Below, piece by piece: positions 55,130 through 64,000 of a DNA stretch of 64,000 nucleotides; positions within the stretch are counted from its first letter, which is position 1; each line of letters begins with the position of its first letter. The notes under the pieces are model-generated. The model was not told where the DNA came from and made no database searches. It saw only the letters and a program-made list of their open reading frames with translations. This DNA is from Felis catus. Lineage: Eukaryota. The position numbers and the translations under genes were made by a program. The stretch is from positions 620,001-684,000 of the forward strand of contig NC_058370.1 in NCBI RefSeq assembly GCF_018350175.1, read 5' to 3'.

Positions 55130-55900
55130 GCCCTGCCTCGTTCTCCCGCCCCGCGCAGCTGGGTCCTGCTCGGGGAGAGTCGGCCAGACCCACAGAAACA
55201 ACGACAGCCGGGGCCCGGGTGCAGTCCCACAAGCTCCGCCTGCAGTAATTCACTTAGTGCCAGCGGAGCTGGAGAGGCCAGACCCCCGGCTTGGGCCGGC
55301 CTCAACGTCCAGTCCCAGTTTCGCCTGGACACTGGGGCTAACGGACAGTTCACGTAAACACCGAATGACGGCCCTCCCTGCAGAGCCCGGCCCGCAGGGG
55401 AACCACCGCCCGGGAACCTGCTCCGCGCGGCGCGGGGCGCAGGCCACGAGAACAGGAAAACTACCGGCCCCAGAAGGCCGCGCGGCAGAATGGCCGACGC
55501 GCGGGCGCAGAGTGGCGCGGGGCCTGCCGGGAGCTGCAGTTTCGGGAGGCGCCGCTCGGGTAAAAGTATCAGTTCCAGGGTCTGTGCGACTCACGGCCCA
55601 ACGGGTGTCCGCGGGGAGCCTTGCACGACCCGGGGTCCCCAGGAATTTACCCCAGTTTACCGAAGCACGACACCGCGTCTCCTCCGCCGTCAGCCGGTTC
55701 GGGCTTGGCGGGCTGAGGCGCACAATCGTCACTGAACGCGCTGCACTTCCGTCCCTAATTCCGGTCCGCTGCGCGTCGCTCCCCGCGGAAACCGTTCCGC
55801 TGCGGAGGGGTCCGCGCGCTCGGTTCCAGGCCCCACCCTGCCCCCGCCGTCGACCCTGAGCCTGGGGAACGGCACCTCCATCGCCCGCAGGCAGAAACCT
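55130..55900 (-). promoter_or_regulatory. RTEL1: RTEL1 CpG-island promoter
   Basis: CpG-dense; minus-strand CGGAAGTG at 55744-55751 and CCGGAA near 55759-55764. Confidence 0.8.
55595..55740 (-). other. RTEL1: RTEL1 non-coding exon 1 (5' end approximate)
   Basis: Donor |GTGAGT at 55593-55594 inside the CpG island, just downstream of an ETS motif. Confidence 0.6.
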
Positions 55901-57489
55901 AGGGTTCCAGCCGTCTCCTCCCTCGATGCTTTCCCCACCAGAGCCTGCATTCCATCACTCCTCCCTGGGCTGAGCCACCTGGATTGTCCAGACAATTGCA
56001 CAAACCTTCGGATTGGTTAGCTGTGATCCCTCCTCCCCTTTTCTCCCCAAGGGCTACTCGGGCCTGGAGACCCTCAGCCGACTTTCTAGACAATGTCCCC
56101 CCCGACTGGTGAGGGTGGACCCCCCTGACTCCCCAGCACCTAGCACCGGCTGGCAGTCAGCAGTGGGACCAAGGGGTCTGCACAGCTCTGTAGGCTGTAG
56201 GTATTTGTAGATGACCCCAGCCTGTCCCAAAAGGCACCAGCCAGCTGGCAATGCTGACATCAGAGTTTCTCATGGGCTCTGTTTAATGCCTAGATGTGTG
56301 ACATTGTGCTTAGAGAAGCACGTGGACCACTGGCATCCACCCCCCCCCCCACCTGTCCCACCTGTGAGGGGGTGTGCAGTGTTTGTCTTAGACTCTCAGC
56401 TAGAGATTGGAGAAGATGAGGAGACCTGGCCACACACTTGCTGAGTACTCACTCCAAACAGATTTCACTACCATCCACGCAGGCATTGACATGTTTGTCT
56501 TCCTAATGGCCTCTGAGATAAGTTCTTTTATTATCCACACTTCACAAAGAACATGCTAGGTGGTGAGCAGATCGCCCAAAGCCAGCAGCTAGCAAGTCTC
56601 AGAGCCAGGAGTCCTCCTCTTCAGGTCCACACACCCCTGTCTTCTAAAAGCAGAGGTGTTGGTGCTTCCAGAAGTCCAAGGAAGGTAGGGCAGGGCCCAG
56701 AGACTCGAGCCCCCTGGGCAGGACTGGAGCTGAGGACTCTGAGACCCTGAGTTGATGCATGAGCTGCCTGGTCACAAACCACACATGGGGACTGCCAGGC
56801 CTCCTACAAATTATAACCTACAAATTCCGTGTACTGAACTTAGCCACGAAAGATGAGAGGGAATGGACACCAACTGAAGGATGGCCATAGCCAGCCCCGC
56901 CCAGCAGGCACAGAGGTCTTGATCAAGTCAACAAATTTGAGTTGAGCCTGCTGTTACGGGCTTTGTGAGATACCCATGTGGGTCAGACACTATGTGGAAC
57001 ACAAGACAGATGTTAACACACTCGCTGTGTATCTCAAGGTGTGTTTTGTATACATGCTTGCTGGGCCTGCTCCAGGCTGACTCTGACCCTTAGGTTTGTT
57101 CCTGTCAGTTCCCTTTCTGAGCCTACCTCGCCCCTGTGCAGGCTCCTGAGATTCCCCAGTTTTATTCCTGTACTTAGCTGTGTGTGCCTACCTGACCGCT
57201 GTGCGGGCTCCTGAGATTTCCCACAGTTTTATTCCTGGACTTAGCTGCTTGTGGAGCAAGCACTTCTCCAGGCCTCGGTGGCTCTGTCCCTAAAATGGGA
57301 GTGACACTCCATCTCTCTGACTTCCCAGCCCCAAAGGGAGGAGAGATGGTCACTTCAAGAAAGGACCCACCATCTCTGCCAGGCTCTTCCCTTTGGGGTA
57401 CCAACCAGAACCCTAAGCCCAGAGGAGGAGGGGAGGCATGGCCCCCACGCACTCACCAAGGGTGTACCCTCTTCTCCATCATCTGGAGA

Positions 57490-57605
57490 CTGCCATTATT
57501 TTTTATCTTACACTTGAAAAATGGAGGCACAGGAAGTCAGAAACTTGCCCCAGTCACCAAGCAAGTGGGTGTCAGAGCTGGGGTTGGAACGCATCTCTGT
57601 CTTCC
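57490..57605 (+). mobile_element. Ancient MIR-like fragment
   Basis: gaaaaatggaggcacagg...aacttgccccagtcacca...agagctggggttggaac; similar pieces near 10350-10445 and 56520-56610. Confidence 0.5.
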
Positions 57606-58196
57606 TTCAAAGCCCTTGTTCTAGGCCTCACCATCCCCATTTGCCCTCTTTTCTGCCTCAGAATCAGCTCATCCTCTGGGATGCTCCTTGGAGGCCTTCC
57701 GGACCAATCCCCACCCCCACTGTCTACGACAAACTTTCCCCTCAGCACAGCCCTGGGCACACAGAAGGCACCTCCCAGGCTCAGGTGAAGAGCTCTCCAA
57801 TCCCCCCCCCCCCGGCTGTTGGGGTCTGTCCCCTCCTGCCACGCCCACCCTGGGGAACGGGGAATGTCTCCACCATCCCCCCAAGCCTGCACAAAGCCAA
57901 AGCCAAGTTGGGCCCAGTGGGTCCAAGAGGTAAGCAGTGGGAGGATGGGCATCTGGCTGCAATACTCCACCCTTCGTCCCAGGCGGGTCTCTACCCTCCC
58001 ATCCTCCCCTGTCTTCACTCCTCTCTCTCTCTGACGGCTGCCCCTGCCACAGCCANNNNNNNNNNNNNNNNNNNNNNNNNNNNNNNNNNNNNNNNNNNNN
58101 NNNNNNNNNNNNNNNNNNNNNNNNNNNNNNNNNNNNNNNNNNNNNNNNNNNNNNNNNNNNNNNNNNNNNNNNNNNNNNNNNNNNNNNNNNNNNNNN

Positions 58197-59200
58197 TCTC
58201 TGCGCCCGCCTCCCGTCCTCCCTCGCTCTCTCCCCTCCCCAGCACTGCAGCATTTGCCGACTGCAGCTCCAGCCGCCGCCCGCGCCTCCTCGGCCTCCGC
58301 AGCCTCCGCCGCCGCCAGCACCATGGCCAGCACCTTGTCCGGTAGGCGCCCAGCACGCGGGCTTCCTGGGGCGGCGGCGGGTCTGAGCTGAGGCCATTGT
58401 CTGGCCTCGCCCAAAGCAGGGGCTGTTGGCGGACTCCTGTTTCCACATCTCAGACCCCGCGCTCAGAGCGCGGGGCGCGGCCGGGCCGAACCCCCATGAG
58501 CCAGAGTTCAGGCCAACGGGTTGGGACGACCTGGTGCCCCAGGGGCAAGGATTGTGGCGCTGGTGCGGCGAGCGTGGGCCGTTGGGCAGGGGCCGCGCCC
58601 AAGGGAGCACCCAGGGTGATAACGTCAGGTTCGGAGGCTCATTGCCCCTTCCGTGTCCGCCGTGTCAGGCCAGGCGTGACCGTGGCAGAGTGGCTCCTGG
58701 GCCTGACGCGGGCCGGTGCCCCTGGGTGGACGCGCTGGAGAGGTGCGGACAGCGTCCCCCGAGGCGCCCGGCTCCCGCAGATCCTGGTCGGACCTCGCCT
58801 TCGCGAGGCTGGGGACTGGGAGGGTAGGACTCTTTGCGGGAGCCCTAGCCCAGGGCTGGCGGGCCCGGGCCCTCCCTGCGCCAAAGGAGCGCCCTGGGGG
58901 CTGGAGGGACGCTGCGGAAGGACTGGGGAGCGAGCGGGGAGCCGCGCCCCCGTCGAGCGTCACCGCCCCCTCCCCTCGCTGCTGCGGGCTTGGGGACCGC
59001 TCTCTGCGACAAGGTGCCACCCGTTCTGGTCGAAAAAAGCCACCGCCCTTTGCGCAGCAGGGTTTGCATGGGGGAAGGGCTGCTGCAGTTTCCAAGCCCT
59101 TCCAGCAAGGAGGGGTCTGCCCCTCCCTCCCCGACCGCCCCGCCTCCCAAGCTGCGGATCCACAGACCCCCCCTCCCGCCCCCTCTTCCCCTCCACCCCC
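58197..59200 (+). promoter_or_regulatory. STMN3: STMN3 CpG island (core promoter falls in the gap 58056-58196)
   Basis: CpG-dense region around exon 1. Confidence 0.7.
58323..58341 (+). CDS. STMN3: STMN3 (stathmin 3 / SCLIP) exon 1 coding part; remaining exons lie beyond the window
   Basis: GCC-rich 5' UTR, Kozak gcaccATGG, 19-nt ATGGCCAGCACCTTGTCCG (MASTLS) then |gtaggc; synteny with RTEL1. Confidence 0.85.
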
Positions 59201-60643
59201 CCACCACCAAGGCTGCGACCCTCCTCCCTCGGGGCCTTCCAGGAGGGGAGCTCTGGCGGAGAGGTGGACACGGGGCAGTTACTGGATGCAGGAGAGCTGC
59301 AGGTGACCCTGGATGTGAGGACGTTGGGCTTGCTGTCCCCAGGAATGCTCTGAGCCCCAAAACCAGCTTCATCTTTGCACTCCATGTGGAAGGAACATCA
59401 GGGCAGCACCCCCTCCCCAACCTCTACCCCGTTCCCCACTCCATCCATCCGGAACCACACTCCCAACCCTCCCTTCCCTCCCCCCCATCCCGGAGATGGG
59501 CACCCTAGCTAACCTTGTTCTCTAGAGAGTGAACACAGCTTTAGCAGAGCTCCACCCACTCACATGTGCCCAGTCCTGCCCAGCCTCTTAGGCCTCCTGG
59601 GCTCCAGGCCCCAGGTGACTTCTGCACTTGTCCAGGAGGGGAACATGTGTGTCACTGACCACACCCCTCCTGCACTGGGTCCGTCCATCTGGTCTTCATC
59701 CGCCCCCTGCTCTCTCTTGTTGACATCCTTAGAGATATTGGGATCTGCTCTGGGCAGAATGAGACCTTCCCCTCCAGGAACTGAGGGCAGTCTGTCCTTC
59801 TCATGGCCAGAGTGTTACCCCAGTCCTACACTGAGGTGGGGCTTCAGGCCCTTGCTCAGGATCTGTGCCTGAGTGGGAGACAAAGAGCAACCACTCGTGG
59901 GCGATGCTCTCAGCCTTTTCTCTCACTCACCCCCTTTAGTAAGAACCCCCTTTAATAAAAGCCCTCAGTAGGCCTCATTCCTGCCATCTGACAGGTAAGC
60001 AGGTAGATTAGGTGGTGAAAGGAAATAGCCAAAACGGCACCACCGATGGCTCTCAGAGGTGGGCCCGGCACTGACCTCACAGCCCCGATACCAGCAGTGC
60101 CTTGTTGGGGCCCTGCTGACCCACGCTTAGCCCCAGGATTTTTCTGGGTGCCCAAGTTACCTTTTCACCATCCGTTTTGTCCAGCACAGCCACTGCCTCA
60201 TGGATGTGCTGCATGCCAGCTGGGGAACGTCCCCTGGCCAGAGTCACATGGGGCTGGGCCTTTCCTGTTTCACCATTGGTGCTGCCCTAGGTAGAGCACA
60301 GCCCACACGTGTACCTACCTGCGCTCATCTTCATAAAAGTTTGATAGGAGTTTGGCCCAGAAGTGGCTATGTGAGCGCACCAGTAATTGTGACCGAAATC
60401 AGTTTAAGTGAATCCCAGCTATGGCTTCTCTGTTAAGAGACCTCTCTGATTGGAGCTGATCTCCCAGGCCTCAGTGGCCTGTCTGCCCCAGCTCGCTGGT
60501 GGGCTTCATTTGGCCTTGGTGACTAGAGTCATTGTCTGCTATGATCTCACAGTCACTACAAGATTGACCTTAGCTTTCTCTTCCTCTGTTGACCGAAAAG
60601 CTGAGTGCCTGATGATGGGCTATATTGTTGAGACTCACCTGGG

Positions 60644-60743
60644 GACAGGTGGCCCTCCCTTCCCTCCCCTCCATCCCGGAGATGGGCACCCTAGCTAACC
60701 TTATTCTCTAGAGAGTGAACACAGCTTTAGCAGACAGGTGGCC
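60644..60743 (+). repeat. Copy of 59467-59548 flanked by an 11-bp direct repeat
   Basis: 82-bp match with 2 mismatches; GACAGGTGGCC at 60644-60654 and 60733-60743. Confidence 0.92.
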
Positions 60744-63700
60744 ATCTCTTGATGTCCTTCCCAGATGCTCAGCTCTTCACACACTTTTGTAGACTCCTGC
60801 TCATATCTGTCTCCTTATGCAACTCTGTTGAGCTGGGAGGCCTTGCACATGCTACCTAAACTCTCAGGGCTGCATGTGGATGGGGATGGCAGTGACAGCA
60901 CCTCCCCTGGGCTTGTTCTGAGAGACAGCAAGATATTGCAGGAACAGTGCTCGGCCTGCTGCCTGACGAGAGGTGCGTGCCCAGTCTGTGTTGGGCAGTG
61001 TGACCGTTGCAGCCACATTTTGCAGAGTTTCCTGCTCAGAGAAAGGTGAATTCTGCTGGCAATTCCTGCCATGCTGGGCTCCCAGCACATTGCATATGAC
61101 TCTGGGTAGTGAGAGGGGCAGCCTGGATGGCAAGGAGTTTCATCTGTGAAGAAGCAATTAGCAGCCTCCAGGACCCTTCTAGGGGTGAGTAGGCATCTGT
61201 GGGCCCCCTGCCCTCCCAGTTCTGACTAGACACCACCTATCACCACCACCATGAGGCTCCAAGCAGAAAAGTACAGTCAGAGGCTGGGACTCATGACCAG
61301 GCTCCCATCCTGGCATGCTGTGTGACTCTGGCTGGGCCCCTTGCTTTCTGAGTCTCTTTTTTCCCCTCAGTAGAAATGAGCCTGACAAGCGTATCTACCT
61401 GGGCTGGCTGGTCTTGAGGGTCAGTTGGGAGTATGGATGTCATGCGCCCACCTTATGAGTGGTGTCATTATTGTTACCATGCCACTGTAGGCTGAGGTGG
61501 TGCCTTCTAACTCTTGCTCACCTGGGATCTAAGCATCCAAAAGGCCAATGTGCATATTTGCATATTTAACATTTAATACAATGAAGAGGAGGGGGGAGAT
61601 GAAAGCAATCCAGTTCACAGCAGAGATTTGTTTTTTAATGACTCCCTGAAGTCAGTGATGGGGAAGAGAAGGGTCCTGGTGAGGGGGAGAAAGGGCATGC
61701 CTCCAAGCTGTAGAGGGGTTTCCTGACTTGAGCTCTGTGTATGGAGAGGTGCCTAGATGGGTCTGGCCCTCAACCTCTTCCCTCTGCAATGAGACATGGC
61801 CTTTAAACCCTCCAGCTCTGAGGACACAGGTGTAACCTCCTGTGTTCGGAGCCGCTGGGCCCAGCTCTGCTCTCCGGCCCCATGTGTGGGCTTTTCCTGG
61901 CTCACTCTCTGCAAATTTGCCAATTTCCTCACTTGCTGTCCAGTCCCCTCCAACTTGTAGCCAAACCACACAGCAAGCCTCACTCCCAAAGCCCCCTTCT
62001 GGGGGGTGCCCCTTCCCACTTGGCTACTCAGGGAAGGAAACTCCCCCTGGGCCATCAGCCTGGGAGAAACCAGCCCAGGGAATCTCCATGACCATCAGAC
62101 ACTGAGCTGCACCCCTATTTACAGCTGTAGGACAGAGTCCCTCACTTTCCAGTTGGCACTGGTCCCCTGGGCTGAGCTGTGACCTCAGAGAGCTCTGACT
62201 CAGTCTTAGCCCTACCATCCCTCTCCCCTCTATCCTAACAATGCGGTGCTCACACCTGCCAAACCTCCCCATCCTGCTCCCTGAACTGCCGCCAGCCTCC
62301 CTTCACGCTGAGGTGACATTTGTCTGTGAACTTGTTCTTCCTCTGTAATAAATGTACAGCTCCTTCTCCCAGGAAAACCTCAGCCTCAAGGCAGAGAGGA
62401 GCTTGAGCAGCGGCGAGGCCCCAAGCTCCTGGCCTGTATGGTAGACCCATTTGCAGGTTTCACATGTGGTGTAGAAGGACTCCCTGGGAGGTAGGGGAAG
62501 CATTGTCTCTTGCCAGGGAGGCTGGTGGTGGCAGGGTTAGACTGAGCCCTTTCCTTCCTGGCCTCTCCCAGGACCCAAGTATGTCCCCTTGACCAGATAC
62601 CCTCTTGCTCCCGTCCTGACCTTGCCTCTGAGCACAGGGCTGGTGACTTCCCCAGCCTTTCCAAATGCCCAAATGCCTCCTGGTCTGCTGCTTCTGAAGG
62701 GCTGCTTTGCCTGCTCTCACACTCTCTAACTCCCCAGCACATGTATTGTGATGTACCTTCTGCCTTCTTTTTAAAATTAACTTTTCACAGCACAAAAATG
62801 CACAAATAGATTCTGCTTGTGAAAAAATAAAATTGGCAACTCAGGCCGAAATTCCCTTGGAAGCCTGCCCCCGTCTGGCCCACTTACCAAGATATGTCTC
62901 TGCCCTGCTTCCCCTCCAAGCCCCTTAAAGGCCTCCCTGCTGCCAGCCCAGGATTCATTGTGCTCCCTTTAAGGTCTCTCGGGCTCTCTCCAGAGGAGTC
63001 TGGATCATCAGGACATTTAGATCAAATAACATCATCCTCTGCACTGGTTGTGAGAAAACCCTGCTCACTGTGAGCTATTCCCTCAGACAAGGGCCTGATG
63101 ATTTCTGTCCTGTGTCCTGTGTCCTGTTTCTATACCAGCACTTTCCCCAATTTCACATTAACTCAACTTAAAGACATTGTCTCATGTGAAATTTGATCAG
63201 GAATTTTCTTGTCCACCTCAACACTTGTCCAAATTGGTATCTGCCCCTGGGAAGAGCCCTGTAGGTAGCTTTTCCTTCACAGAAGCCATGTTCCCTCTCT
63301 GGAGCATCTCTCTGGAGACCTGTCCCAGCTTCTCTAGCCAGGGAGGCGGGGGCATGGGTCTCTGAGCCTCCTGGTCTTTGTGACATGCTGGAGCTGTGGA
63401 AAGACCACAGACCACATGAACTGTACTTGAGGGGCTTTGCACAAGTCACCCTCACCCCTTGGGTCCAGTATCATCTCGGCTGAGCAGGGGGACAGTCTTG
63501 GACCTGAAGATGGTTAAACACTAGTGAGACACCTGACCAACGTGTCTACTTTGGGGTCTGGCTTGTCACAAATGGACCACAAATAGCTCATTCATTCCCA
63601 CTCTGACAGTGGGCTCCTCCATCTTCTGACAGGGCTCATGGCCTCCTTTTCTAGTTGGGCACTGGGGACACTGGCTGTGGGCACTTGCTCTGCAAAGCTA

Positions 63701-64000
63701 GAGGGCAGGTGTTGGTGCTGAACGGACAGCTCCCTACCCTCTGGCCCTAGAAGAACAGAAAGCCTGGGCCTGTTCAGAGCCAGGTTTGGGGGGATGGGGG
63801 GGGGGGAGGCTGCAATGCTGTCAGGGTAAGTTGGGGGGGGGGCGCATAAGACGAATTCTGAGGGCTTCACCCAAGTGGACAGCCCAAGAAAGTGCTGCCT
63901 GCAGAAGCACCACATCTGATGTGGTGGTTAGTATCTGTGAGAGGGAAAGGGGAGGAAGTAAAGAGGGGGAAGTACAGGGAGGGTGAGTTGGGAAAATACA

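Noticed and set aside
58735-58760. REST/RE1 site in STMN3 intron 1 (GGACAGCGTC)
   Set aside because: Only the right half-site matches; no TTCAGCACC half
58397-59353. 318-aa ORF downstream of STMN3 exon 1
   Set aside because: CpG-island intron sequence with no stathmin similarity and a non-ATG start
59467-60734. The 82-bp direct repeats as LTRs of a small retroelement
   Set aside because: No TG...CA ends, PBS or PPT; the TSD flanks only the second copy, not the whole 1.27 kb

Overview
Mammalian genomic DNA, very probably felid: the SINEs are felid-type Can-SINEs and the young L1 3' ends are carnivore-type. The window is the conserved GC-rich block ZGPAT - ARFRP1 - TNFRSF6B - RTEL1 - STMN3 (syntenic to human 20q13.33). 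It holds the 5' part of ZGPAT (minus strand, first coding exon 12419-13002, head-to-head with ARFRP1), complete ARFRP1 (plus, 7 coding exons, 201 aa), complete intact TNFRSF6B/DcR3 (minus, 3 exons, 306 aa, tail-to-tail with ARFRP1), complete RTEL1 (minus, 34 coding exons, 1306-aa RING-containing and 1219-aa short isoforms, one GC-AG intron) and the first exon of STMN3 (plus). I read the exon boundaries by hand and the frame phases sum correctly. SINE/L1 clusters fill ZGPAT intron 2 and RTEL1 introns 7-10; there are two G-rich minisatellites and four assembly gaps. I found no wholly new gene system. The most notable local signals are: a 47-bp duplication that builds a poison 3' splice site in RTEL1; an 82-bp locally templated insertion with an 11-bp target duplication in STMN3 intron 1; Leu at the RTEL1 M492-equivalent; a weakened DcR3 basic motif; and the RTEL1-TNFRSF6B read-through architecture. 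All comparisons with human sequence are from memory and need alignment to confirm.
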